NCBI GenBank assembly: GCA_964244115.1
Contig: CAXTHM010000016.1
Location: 1 to 61,561 of the forward strand
Source of the DNA: an uncultured Thermomicrobiales bacterium
Lineage (GTDB): Bacteria > Chloroflexota > Chloroflexia > Thermomicrobiales > UBA6265
Reading direction: 5' to 3'
Length of the DNA: 61,561 bases
A program made the position numbers and the translations under genes. Below the pieces are notes generated by a model. It ran no database searches and was not told where the DNA came from. It saw only the letters and a program-made list of their open reading frames with translations. Shown here in pieces: positions 18,773-27,875 of this stretch (position 1 is its first letter; each line of letters starts with the position of its first letter).

Positions 18773-18820
18773 AGAATTGGTTTGTCGCTGTCTCCGCTTC
18801 CGGCTGAACAACGTGTGACT

Positions 18821-18849
18821 ATAGTAATGACCCGATCGGGTCTTGTCAA
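18821..18849 (-). promoter_or_regulatory. Sigma-70-like promoter for the minus-strand glycan operon, with a 14-bp palindrome in the spacer
   Basis: Minus strand reads TTGACA (18849-18844), a 17-nt spacer, then TACTAT (18826-18821). The spacer contains the perfect palindrome GACCCGATCGGGTC (18829-18842). The surrounding ~450 bp is visibly lower in GC. Confidence 0.5.
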
Positions 18850-19144
18850 TACACGACGGAGGGAAGATAGGGTATTATCGGGCGGCGCTTGAATGGCCGA
18901 ACCAAACCGTCCATTTCGTCGGTCCATCGGAACGGCAACCGGCGATCGTCCTCATAGTACTATCGTCCTGGTAGGTCCTATGCTCGCAACCCGTCGAATC
19001 GCTCATCACGGGTTTCGGGTACCAGCGCCCGAAAACCCGGCCTCCGGCACGCTGTCCATTGCGGCGTATCGTTCGTATGGTATGTGTATCTTCGGCCTGT
19101 GGTCTGCCCGTCTCCGTCCGACCCGATGGCAATGAGGGATTTCC

Positions 19145-20734
19145 ATGGAGTTCGACCTCGACCGGGTCATCCGGATCGTCCGGCGGTGGGGCATCTGGCT
19201 CGTCGTCCTTACGGTCCTCGGCGTCCTGTCCGGCGCGCTGCTCTCCTTTACCCGGCCGGTCGAGTACGCCGCGACCTCGACGTTGCTGCTGTCGCCCGTC
19301 GGTGGGACCGAGCCCCGGTTCGGCTACGACGTCAATCAGGCGCTCCAGAGTCAGACCCAGATCTATCAGTACTACGCCGGGACCACCCCCTTCCTTTCCG
19401 AGGCGGCGGCCCAGCTCGGGCTCGACCCGGCGACCGGCGTCCAGCAGCTCCAGGCCGTGACCTCGACGGTGAGCAGCCAGGCCGTCTCGACGCTCGGCAT
19501 CACCGTCACTGACACCGACGCCGAGCGGACCACCCTCTGGGCCAATACGATCGCCCGGCAGCTGATCGACTACATCGGGCGGCAGGAAGCCCCGACGACG
19601 GGGGCGGGCGGCAACTGGGTGACGCTGACGAACCCGGAACCCGCCACCGTGCCGGGGGCGCCGGTCTCGCCGAATCGGCCGCTCTGGGGGATCCTGGGCG
19701 GGGTATTCGGCTTCCTGGTCGCCGCGTCGGCCATCCTGCTCATCGAGCGCCTCCGCGCGACGATGCCGGCGATCACCCGGCGCCCGGCGGCGCTGCCGGT
19801 CCTGTCCGTCCTCGACTCGATCCGGGCGCAGGGGAGCGGCGGCGGTCTGCTCGTCGATCTGAACGCCGGCTCCGAAGCGGCCCGGGGCGTCAACCAGCTG
19901 CGGTCGGCGGTCCAGATCCTGACGGCGACGCAGGGCATCCGGACGCTGGCGATCAGCAGCCTCCGCCCCGGCGAGGGCAAGTCGACGGTCGCGGCCAACC
20001 TCGCCGTGGCGCTGGCGGAGGCCGGTGACCGGGTCATCCTCGTCGACGCCAACCTCGTCGCGCCGCGGCTGGGCGAGACCTTCGGCGGCCGGACGGCCCG
20101 AGGCCTGACCAGCCTGATGGCCGACCCGGACCTCGACCTGGCCGACGTCGTCACCTCGACCAACTGGGCCAACCTGATGTTCATCCCGGCCGGGCCACGC
20201 ATCGAGGAGGGCGCGATCGACCGGGCCGCCTTCCGCCGGACGATCGCCGGGATCGTCCCGCACGCCGACATCGTCCTCTTCGAGGTCGCCAGTCTGTCCG
20301 GCACGCCCGAACCGCTGCGACTCGGGACCTACGCCGACGGCATGCTGCTCGTCGTCGGCGGGGAGCGGACCCGGATCGAGGCGTTGCGGGGCATCTCGCG
20401 GGACAAGGCGGTCACGAGCGGTAACGTCGTCGGGGTCGTGATCGACCGCGGCGCGAGCAGCGCCCCGACCGCGATCCCCGGTGGCACCGCCGCGACCGGA
20501 CTGACCCTCGTCACCTCCCAGCAGAGCCCGCCGGCCCAGATCGACGCGACGCCGCGTCCGCAAACCGCCCCGGCGGACCATGCCGAGGCGAACGGCATGG
20601 TCCGGACCCAGCGGGCCGTCCCGGTCGCCGATCCGGACGTCCCGAAAGCCACTGCCCTCACCAATGGCACCCGGCCGGACGCGGCGATGGCCACGGCATC
20701 GAGCAACGGCACCCGGCCCGAGGCGACCGCCTGA
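19145..20734 (+). CDS. Wzz-type chain-length determinant fused to a BY-kinase-like P-loop ATPase (no C-terminal Tyr cluster)
   Basis: N-terminal TM plus periplasmic-type domain plus second TM (LWGILGGVFGFLVAASAILLI), then TLAISSLRPGEGKSTVAANLAVALAEAGDRVILVDANL (Walker A/A') and DIVLFEVASL (Walker B-like). Confidence 0.8.
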   Translation: MEFDLDRVIRIVRRWGIWLVVLTVLGVLSGALLSFTRPVEYAATSTLLLSPVGGTEPRFGYDVNQALQSQTQIYQYYAGTTPFLSEAAAQLGLDPATGVQQLQAVTSTVSSQAVSTLGITVTDTDAERTTLWANTIARQLIDYIGRQEAPTTGAGGNWVTLTNPEPATVPGAPVSPNRPLWGILGGVFGFLVAASAILLIERLRATMPAITRRPAALPVLSVLDSIRAQGSGGGLLVDLNAGSEAARGVNQLRSAVQILTATQGIRTLAISSLRPGEGKSTVAANLAVALAEAGDRVILVDANLVAPRLGETFGGRTARGLTSLMADPDLDLADVVTSTNWANLMFIPAGPRIEEGAIDRAAFRRTIAGIVPHADIVLFEVASLSGTPEPLRLGTYADGMLLVVGGERTRIEALRGISRDKAVTSGNVVGVVIDRGASSAPTAIPGGTAATGLTLVTSQQSPPAQIDATPRPQTAPADHAEANGMVRTQRAVPVADPDVPKATALTNGTRPDAAMATASSNGTRPEATA

Positions 20735-20786
20735 CCCCCACCGCTCCCGAACGGCTGGGGCAATGGTCCTGATCGAGTGGCACGAA

Positions 20787-20820
20787 GCGCCCAGCCGCCG
20801 ACCCGTCGGCGGCTGGGCGC
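20787..20820 (+). terminator. GC-rich hairpin downstream of the Wzz/kinase gene
   Basis: GCGCCCAGCCGCCGAC (20787-20802) is complementary to GTCGGCGGCTGGGCGC (20805-20820), giving a ~14-bp stem once a viable loop is allowed. It sits 53 nt after the stop codon and has no U-tract, so function is unproven. Confidence 0.45.
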
Positions 20821-20937
20821 CTTGCGCACATCGTTCGGCGAGGCGTCCCTGGTCGCCAGCCCGTCTATCCTCGGCCGGTGTGCCATGATCCCCGGATCAT
20901 TGGCCGGGCAACGACGACCGAGGCGGGGGCGGGCGAC

Positions 20938-21579
20938 ATGGCGGCGTACCGGATGATCGCGACGGTGGGGGAGCACCGGGCCGAGATCGAGGTGAAGCGA
21001 TCCCGGTTCATCGCGACGGTCGCCCGGGTCGCGGACGAAGCGGCGGCCCGGGCCGCGATCGATCGGCTCCGGACCGAGCACTGGCAGGCCAACCATCACT
21101 GCACCGCCTGGCGGATCGGCGAGGGCGGCCGGTCGCAGCGGACGAGCGACGACGGGGAGCCCTCCGGGACGGCCGGCGTCCCGATGCTCGAAGTCCTCAA
21201 GCGGCGCGACGTCACCGACGTCGTTGCGATCGTGACCCGCTACTTCGGCGGGACGCTGCTCGGCGCCGGCGGGCTGATCCGTGCCTACGGCCAGGCCGTC
21301 ACGGCGGTGCTGGGTGAGGTCGGGATCGTCGAGCGCCGGCCGCTCTCGGTCGTCGTGGTCCGGGCCAGCCACCAGGACGCCGGCCGGCTGGACAACGCCC
21401 TCCGCACGACCGACTACCAGCTCGGCGACGTCGCCTACGCTGATCGGGTCACGTTCTCCCTCCATCTGTCCGACGACGAGCTGCCCGGCTTCACCGCCTG
21501 GCTGGCCGAGACGACCGGCGGGAGAAGTGTGCCGGAGGTGGTTGGCGTCCGCTTCGTCGAGGTGCCCGTCGCGGAGTAG
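20938..21579 (+). CDS. yigZ: YigZ / IMPACT-family (UPF0029) protein
   Basis: MAAYRMIATVGEHRAEIEVKRSRFIATVARV...HHCTAWRIGEGGRSQRTSDDGEPSGTAGVPMLEVLKRRDVTDVVAIVTRYFGGTLLGAGGLIRAY: the characteristic KSRF...HxCxAxR...DDGEPxGTAG...VVRYFGGxxLGxGGL motifs. Confidence 0.8.
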   Translation: MAAYRMIATVGEHRAEIEVKRSRFIATVARVADEAAARAAIDRLRTEHWQANHHCTAWRIGEGGRSQRTSDDGEPSGTAGVPMLEVLKRRDVTDVVAIVTRYFGGTLLGAGGLIRAYGQAVTAVLGEVGIVERRPLSVVVVRASHQDAGRLDNALRTTDYQLGDVAYADRVTFSLHLSDDELPGFTAWLAETTGGRSVPEVVGVRFVEVPVAE

Positions 21580-21600
21580 ACTGGGCACAGTCAACGCTGA

Positions 21601-21715
21601 CAGTCCTCGCATGGCGGGGGTGAACCGTGATACGCGCGACCAATGGCGGCACGTTGCTGCGCGGGGAGGTCCTCACAATGTGGGGGAGCCGTCCAGTGAT
21701 GGGCGCTAGCCGATA
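21601..21715 (+). CRISPR. Two to three decayed CRISPR repeat-like segments (vestigial array) upstream of cas3
   Basis: 21601-21627 caGTCCtCgCatGGCGGGGGTGAACCG shares an exact 12-mer (GGGGGTGAACCG) plus GTCC with the repeat. 21666-21691 GTCCtCAC-aat-GTGGGGG-aG-CCG matches ~19/29 with gaps. 21688-21712 GCCGTCC-agtgat-GGGCG-ctagCCG. Same orientation as the main array. Confidence 0.5.
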
Positions 21716-21844
21716 GCAGCACAGTGAACATGTCAAGGCTGTTGGATCACAGTAGGGTTATAACGCGATTAGTGACGCCTATCCGTCAACGATTTGGTAG
21801 TGATAAGCGCAACCAACAGCTGCTCAATGATGAGCTGATAATTC

Positions 21845-21904
21845 TTGACATGTCGCCTTAATTCTGATATGGTGTGCCCGGGGTATCCAGAAGACACCCC
21901 GGGC
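21845..21904 (+). promoter_or_regulatory. Sigma-70-like promoter followed immediately by a 9-bp hairpin; candidate cas operon promoter
   Basis: TTGACA (21845-21850), 17 nt, TATGGT (21868-21873), then GCCCGGGGT (21876-21884) pairing with ACCCCGGGC (21896-21904). CTTGACATGT (21844-21853) is the reverse complement of ACATGTCAAG (21728-21737). Confidence 0.45.
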
Positions 21905-22427
21905 TAATGATCGGCAGGCGGGAACCATCCCGATCACCAAGCTTCACCTGTAGCAGGATCTGCCAGAGCAGTGTAATCGACCACGAAGGTCAATACATGG
22001 CTTCAAGTCAGATCCCTCGTCGCGCCGACTGGCGTGAACGGAGGGCACCATGCCCGATCAGCAATACGTTCAGGCAACGTTGCCGGGACTTGACCATTGG
22101 CGCGTGCCTCCTTCTGATCAGAATCTTCAGATGGTCGAATCATCAAGCGTCATCCGTACCGATAAGGTCCGGGAACTGCACTCCTCAGCTTCTGAAATTG
22201 ACGAGCCGGTCCCCGGCCCACGTTGTCTCAATTGTCCCCTCACACCTTCCCCCTGCGTAATAGTCATCGTGGTGGGCAACGGGTTGAGCATCGAGACGTG
22301 CCTCGGTCAAGCATCTCCTCCTCCCAGTTGTTGACGTTCTCCGAGGAGTCCGACTGCGGTCCCGAACTGGGTCGCTGTCGGACTCCTGCCGGGTACGAAG
22401 AACTTGTCAGCACAAACGGAGGAACCG

Positions 22428-25337
22428 ATGAATTCCCACGATCCAGCGAATCCAATCCACCGTCACTTCACTTGCCTATGGGCCAAGACCGACCGCGACG
22501 ACCCCTCCCCAGATCGCTATCACCCATTGGCCCTGCATCTGGTCGATGTCGCGGCGGTTGCCCATGAGCTCTGGCGCACAGCCTGGTCGCCGTACCGCCA
22601 GAAACGCTGGGCGGATGCGCTCGGCGCGGATGAGGAAATCGCCGGCAGGTGGCTGGCGTTCATCACAGGAGCGCACGATCTGGGCAAGGCAAGTCCGTCA
22701 TTCCAGCAGCGCGCCGAGGGCCACCTCGACCGAATCAACCGTCAGACCGGTGAGTCGTTCAAGGAACGTCAGTTCACGAACCCGCTTCCGCATGGTTTCG
22801 TCACGGTGGGCACCCTTACGGGATTGCTTGTGGATCGGTTCGAGTTGACGCCTCTGCCGGCCGATCGTCTCGCGATGGCCACCGGCGCCCATCACGGTGC
22901 CTTTGCCTCGTCGCGCGAATTCCTGGACGCCCTTCCGGATAGTGGCCGCCAGCGGGAGATCGGGATCGGCGTCTGGGCCACCTGGCGAGCGGACCTGCTC
23001 GATTACCTCGCTGCGGCGGTCGGCTTGCCAGATCCACTGCCGGGTGGCCTGCGGAACCGCCTACTGACTTACCCAGCTGCCCTTGCCCTTGCGGGAACCG
23101 TCTCGTACGCCGACTGGATCGGCTCTGATGAGCGCTTCTTCCAATTGTCCACAACCGTACCGGAGGACCCAGCCGAGGCCTTCGGCGAATCCACCATCAA
23201 GGCGCGATCGGCACTCGCCGAACTTCGATTCCACGTCCCGTCCGTCGCGATCCCAGCCGGGTCGATCTCCGATACGTTCGAGTTCGTCCGTGAGCCGAAC
23301 GCCGGACAGATCGCGGCCATGGAAGTGATGGGGACGACGGACGGTCCGGGCATCGCCGTTATCGAGTATCCAATGGGTTGGGGCAAGACCGAAGTCGCTC
23401 TCTGGATGGCGGCGAGGTGGGCGCAACAGGACGGGATCGACGGCTTCTACGTCGCCATGCCGACACGTACGACCAGCGATCAGCTCTTCCAGCGTGTGAA
23501 CCGCATGGTCAAATTTCACGCCGATTCCACCGGAGCCAGCCCAAACCTGATCAAGGTCTCTGGTCAGACGCCGTACGGTGCCAGCGAGCCCGACATCGAA
23601 CAGATCGCTGCCGAGGAGGACATCTTTGGCAATGCCAACCCTACTGCCGATCGTGACACTGGGGCGGTGATCGAGCGAGGTTCTCAGGCGGATGAGAGGC
23701 AGAGAAGAAACGAATCGTTCCGTCGCGGCCGGTGGTTCGGCCAACGCGGTCGAGGGCTCCTGGCAACGTATGGGGTCGGAACCGTCGATCAGGCTATGCT
23801 CGGCGTCTTGACCACCCGTCATCACTTCGTCCGGCTGGCCGGCCTCGATGGACGGACAGTCATCTTCGACGAAGTCCACTCCTACGATGTCTACATGTCG
23901 ACCATCGTCGACCGCCTGCTCGGATTCCTTGGGGCGCTGGGCTGTCCCGTCGTTATCCTGACGGCGACCCTCCCGATCGACAGAACGCGGTCTCTCGTCA
24001 AGGCGTACACCGATGGGGCCGGATGGAACCTGACGGACTGGCAGCCAGCTGAATACCCACGCTTAACGGTCGCGACGGCCAACGGCGGCACCGTATCCGT
24101 TCCGGTGTCGGTACCCGAGAGTGCCGCGACCAGCTTCCAACTCGAACGCATCCGCCATGACGTAGCCGATGATGACGGCCTCTGGCGACTCATAGCTATA
24201 CGGCTCCAGAGCGTATTGACCGACGGTGGGACCGCTGCCGTGGTCTGCAACACGGTTGCTCAGGCCCAGGCCGCCTATCGCGCTCTGACGTCGGTGTTCC
24301 CTACGAACGAGCTGGAACTCTTCCACGCCCGGTTCCGGCAGCGCGAGCGACGGGCGATTCAGGAGCGGGTCCTGCGGGACTTCGGCAAGGAAACGGGGAC
24401 GAAGGACCATCCGATCCGACCCCACCGCCGTATCGTGGTTGCCACACAAGTGATCGAGCAGAGCCTAGATCTGGACTTCGATCTGATGGTCTCGATGTTC
24501 TGTCCCGTCGATCTCCTGCTTCAGCGTTCCGGGCGATTGCAGCGACACCTGAAGACCAGACCTTTTCGGCCATCGAGTCTTCAGCAACCAGTCCTCTGGC
24601 TGACGGGGTACGACGAGACGGACGGCGTTCCCCAGTTCCCTCGCGGGTCGGATGCCGTCTACGGCACCTATCCGTTGCTTCGATCCTGGTGGGCACTCCA
24701 CGAACTCGATGTCGTGCACGTCCCAGGTGACATTACGAGGCTGATCGAGACGGCCTACTCCGGAAGCGACGATCCCCCTTCGGCTGCGCCCGAACTGGCC
24801 GCGAAGTGGGCGAACGCCGAGACGGCCTATCGGAAGCGACAGGCGGAATCCGAACGCAAGGCAGAAGGCGGTCTCATTCCGGCCCTGTCCGAGGATGACC
24901 TCTCGGATGGTGTCGGAAATGACGCCCTGACACCGGAACTGCGAACCAGCGAGCCGGAAGCCGCCCAGACTCGCCTTGGCCCACCGTCGATCACCGTCGT
25001 CGTCCTGAAGGCAGAAGAGGCCCAGACCTATGCCGAAGCGGTCGCCATGGATGGCAAGGACAAGCCTTCGATGAAGACGATCGGGGCACTACTCGACCGT
25101 TCGGTGCCAGTGTCATTGCAGGGTGTCACTCAGGAATTGCAGTCGCTTCCGCGACCTCCGTCGTGGGAACGAGTCTCGTCCCTGCAACACTCGGCGCTCG
25201 TCGTTCTGGACGAAGGAGGTCAGATGCCGATGCCGGGAGATTCGAAGTGGACGATTCGCCTCGACCCTCACCTTGGGCTCTGCCTGGACCGGGCCGTTAC
25301 GGCACCGCCATTGACCGTTGAACAGGAGGAAGAATGA
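22428..25337 (+). CDS. cas3: Cas3 HD-nuclease/helicase, type I-E
   Basis: N-terminal HD domain (LWAKTD...YHPLALHLVDVAAVAHELW...GAHDLGKASPSFQ), helicase motifs (PMGWGKTEVAL, DEVHSYD, LTATLP). ATG 22428 preferred (GGAGGA 4 nt upstream) over the TTG at 22404. Stop overlaps the cse1 start (ATGA). Confidence 0.9.
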   Translation: MNSHDPANPIHRHFTCLWAKTDRDDPSPDRYHPLALHLVDVAAVAHELWRTAWSPYRQKRWADALGADEEIAGRWLAFITGAHDLGKASPSFQQRAEGHLDRINRQTGESFKERQFTNPLPHGFVTVGTLTGLLVDRFELTPLPADRLAMATGAHHGAFASSREFLDALPDSGRQREIGIGVWATWRADLLDYLAAAVGLPDPLPGGLRNRLLTYPAALALAGTVSYADWIGSDERFFQLSTTVPEDPAEAFGESTIKARSALAELRFHVPSVAIPAGSISDTFEFVREPNAGQIAAMEVMGTTDGPGIAVIEYPMGWGKTEVALWMAARWAQQDGIDGFYVAMPTRTTSDQLFQRVNRMVKFHADSTGASPNLIKVSGQTPYGASEPDIEQIAAEEDIFGNANPTADRDTGAVIERGSQADERQRRNESFRRGRWFGQRGRGLLATYGVGTVDQAMLGVLTTRHHFVRLAGLDGRTVIFDEVHSYDVYMSTIVDRLLGFLGALGCPVVILTATLPIDRTRSLVKAYTDGAGWNLTDWQPAEYPRLTVATANGGTVSVPVSVPESAATSFQLERIRHDVADDDGLWRLIAIRLQSVLTDGGTAAVVCNTVAQAQAAYRALTSVFPTNELELFHARFRQRERRAIQERVLRDFGKETGTKDHPIRPHRRIVVATQVIEQSLDLDFDLMVSMFCPVDLLLQRSGRLQRHLKTRPFRPSSLQQPVLWLTGYDETDGVPQFPRGSDAVYGTYPLLRSWWALHELDVVHVPGDITRLIETAYSGSDDPPSAAPELAAKWANAETAYRKRQAESERKAEGGLIPALSEDDLSDGVGNDALTPELRTSEPEAAQTRLGPPSITVVVLKAEEAQTYAEAVAMDGKDKPSMKTIGALLDRSVPVSLQGVTQELQSLPRPPSWERVSSLQHSALVVLDEGGQMPMPGDSKWTIRLDPHLGLCLDRAVTAPPLTVEQEEE

Positions 25338-26917
25338 CGTCGAATCAGCCGACACCTATGACGTTCGATCTGCTTACCGAGCCGTGGCTTCCCGTCGGGT
25401 TGCTGGACGGCACCGCCGCGACGTGGGGCCTGCTCGAGCTGTTCGATCGGGCCCATGAGGCTCGAGGCTTGAGCGAACCGTCGCCACTAACCTACACGGC
25501 GGTCACGCGGTTCCTCCTCGCCATTCTCCACCGTGCCTACGATGGCCCGACCAGCCCGGGAGACTGGGCGACCATCTGGGACGCTGGCTCATTCGACCTT
25601 GAACGGATCGACTCGTACCTGGAGCAATACCGAGATCGGTTCGACCTGTTCCATCAGGAGCGTCCGTTCGCGCAGGCGCTCGTCGCCGGCATCCCTGGGG
25701 ATGAGAAGCCCATCACCCAGTTGACGTTCGAGCGTGTCAGTGGAAATAACGGCACGCTCTACGACCACTCGGTCGACGCAGATCCGCCAGCGGTCAGCCC
25801 TGGCGATGCAGCGAGGCTCGTATTGACAGCCCATCAGTACGGCTTCGCCGGCGCCCAGATCTTCCGTGATACGCCGATGATCGCAGGCTACTGCCTGATG
25901 CTGGAGGGAGGCAGTCTCTTCGAGACGCTCGCTCTCAATCTGCAGCGCTACGACGATACCCACCCTCAGAACCTCGGCCGTCCTCTCGACGCTCCGTGGT
26001 GGGAATTGGAGAACGATGTAACGCCTCTGGCCGATGGCAACCTGCCACTGGGGCTGACGGATCTGCTCACCTGGCGCGGGCGCCGGATTCTGCTGGTCCC
26101 GGATGACGATGGCATGGTTCGCAGGTGCTGGTATCGGCCGGGTTATCAATTACGAGCCGGCATCATCGTCGATCCATTCAAGCGATGCGTTCCGGTCGTC
26201 GATCAGGGCGTAGACCGCGGCATCTTCCCACGCGGTTTCCAGGAGGACCGGGCACTGTGGCGCGACAGCTATGCCTTCTTCCCCGAGTCGTACACCGACC
26301 GGAACTCTGGAAGCATAGTCCCACGACCAACGGTCATCTCCTGGGTCGACGATCTTCGACGCTACTTCCGTGGTATCAGGCGGGTGGCGGCAATCCCCTC
26401 ACGCCCCTCGCTCGTCGCGACCGGGATCATCAAGGCGAACCAGGCCGGTGTGAAGCTCTGGCGCATGGATCGCCTGCCGCTTCCCTTGCACGTGCTCGAG
26501 GACTCCGAGCGATACGGGATGGTCCAATCCGCGATCTCTTTGACGGAAGAGGTGCGAGGGAGTTTGCGGAATGCGGCATCCGTCTACGCGAAGCACGTCG
26601 TAGGCAGGGGTGTCCGCGACCCGGCCCCGGAGGATGTCGCGCGGGAACTGTCCTCGCTGCGCTTCGAGGCCCGGTACTGGTCGGCCCTCGACCGCCAGTT
26701 CCAGGGATTCCTGATCGACCTCGAGCGGGCCGATGACCCGGACGCGGCGCTGGACCAGTGGCGCCGGACGCTGCGCCGCGTCGCCACGGATGCCTACTTC
26801 GACGCCACCGACCAGACCAGCACCGACGGCCTGCGCATGGCCGGGCAGGCTCTGGGCAGTCGCACCCTCAGGAAGCAGCTCGCCAAGAGCCTCGGCCGCG
26901 CCGATCAGGCGGCCTGA
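25334..26917 (+). CDS. cse1: Cse1/CasA (Cas8e), Cascade large subunit
   Basis: N-terminus FDLLTEPWLPVGLLDGTAATWGLLELF... is the conserved CasA opening. Size (527 aa) and position between cas3 and cse2 fit. Confidence 0.8.
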   Translation: MTSNQPTPMTFDLLTEPWLPVGLLDGTAATWGLLELFDRAHEARGLSEPSPLTYTAVTRFLLAILHRAYDGPTSPGDWATIWDAGSFDLERIDSYLEQYRDRFDLFHQERPFAQALVAGIPGDEKPITQLTFERVSGNNGTLYDHSVDADPPAVSPGDAARLVLTAHQYGFAGAQIFRDTPMIAGYCLMLEGGSLFETLALNLQRYDDTHPQNLGRPLDAPWWELENDVTPLADGNLPLGLTDLLTWRGRRILLVPDDDGMVRRCWYRPGYQLRAGIIVDPFKRCVPVVDQGVDRGIFPRGFQEDRALWRDSYAFFPESYTDRNSGSIVPRPTVISWVDDLRRYFRGIRRVAAIPSRPSLVATGIIKANQAGVKLWRMDRLPLPLHVLEDSERYGMVQSAISLTEEVRGSLRNAASVYAKHVVGRGVRDPAPEDVARELSSLRFEARYWSALDRQFQGFLIDLERADDPDAALDQWRRTLRRVATDAYFDATDQTSTDGLRMAGQALGSRTLRKQLAKSLGRADQAA

Positions 26918-26976
26918 CCCCGACCGCACCCATGCCGGCCGGCAACACGTCGAACGTATCAGACAGGAGATTCTCG

Positions 26977-27756
26977 ATGTCCGACCCCGCGGTCACGACC
27001 ACCCCTACGACCTCCGACGCACCCACCACCGTGCGCACTCCGCGTGAGGAGCGCGACCGGGCGATGTGGCGCTTTGTGCGCGACCTGGAGTCCCTCGTCC
27101 GCAAGACCGGCGACCCGGACCGGGCCGCGCTGGCCGCGCTCCGGAGCGGGCTGGGCAAGCCGCCGGGCAGCGCGATCGGCATGTACCCGATCATCGGCGA
27201 CCACCTGCGCGGTGCCGAGGACTGGGAGACCCGGCTGACCTGGGAGGATCAGGCCTACAACGACTCCCTGTTCGTCGTCGCCAGCCTGTTCGGCCTCCAC
27301 CCGGTGCCACGCGCAGGGGCGGGCGCCGGCGCTGATGCCGAGCCGGCCGAGAGCACCACCACGCCGCAGGCGACACCGGCCGCGCCGACGGCTCCGTCCA
27401 GCCGGCCGAGGAGCGGGGGACGGCCGTTCCTCGCCGCCTTGTCATCGCTCCGGACCGCGGACAAGGAGCAGAGTCAGGCGCTCGATCGCCGGATCGTCGC
27501 GCTGCTCAACGCCGACCGCGAGGCGCTCCCGACCCTGCTCCGGCAGGCGGTCGGTCTGATCGAGGACGGCGTCCCGGTCGACTGGCTCCAGCTCCTCAAG
27601 GACATCCAGCAGTGGGATCTCGTGGACCGTCCCGTCCAGAAGCGCTGGGCGGCCACCTGGTGGACGGCGCCGACCCGGAACGAGATCGCCAGCGACCCCG
27701 ACGATGCGGACGGTGCCCGGCTGTCCGAATCTGGCGACGCGGCCGGAACGGACTGA
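26977..27756 (+). CDS. cse2: Cse2/CasB, Cascade small subunit, with an Ala/Pro-rich insertion
   Basis: Start at ATG 26977 (AGGAGA 7 nt upstream). ...FVRDLESLVRKTGDPDRAALAALRSGLGKPPGS...WLQLLKDIQQWDLVDRPVQKRWAATWW is Cse2-like. Positional support is strong. Confidence 0.7.
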   Translation: MSDPAVTTTPTTSDAPTTVRTPREERDRAMWRFVRDLESLVRKTGDPDRAALAALRSGLGKPPGSAIGMYPIIGDHLRGAEDWETRLTWEDQAYNDSLFVVASLFGLHPVPRAGAGAGADAEPAESTTTPQATPAAPTAPSSRPRSGGRPFLAALSSLRTADKEQSQALDRRIVALLNADREALPTLLRQAVGLIEDGVPVDWLQLLKDIQQWDLVDRPVQKRWAATWWTAPTRNEIASDPDDADGARLSESGDAAGTD

Positions 27757-27875
27757 GCACGACCCCCGGACGAGCGTCCGGGCGCCACATGACGCCGGCA
27801 CCGACGACGGTCCGGCTCCGCTGACACCCTGTCGCCGGCATCCCCGCCGACGACCCAGCCAAGAGGAGATCCCCG

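Noticed and set aside
18686-18815. c-di-GMP riboswitch upstream of the exopolysaccharide operon
   Set aside because: This would be biologically attractive, but neither the GEMM-I nor the GEMM-II conserved cores are visible. It is kept only as an unclassified leader.
22050-22334. 94-aa ORF with a good GGAGG-like RBS in the cas3 upstream region
   Set aside because: The N-terminal half is plausible, but the C-terminal half (…PLTPSPCVIVIVVGNGLSIETCLGQASPPPSC) and the lack of any recognisable motif make a real protein doubtful. It is mentioned inside the leader finding instead of being called as a CDS.
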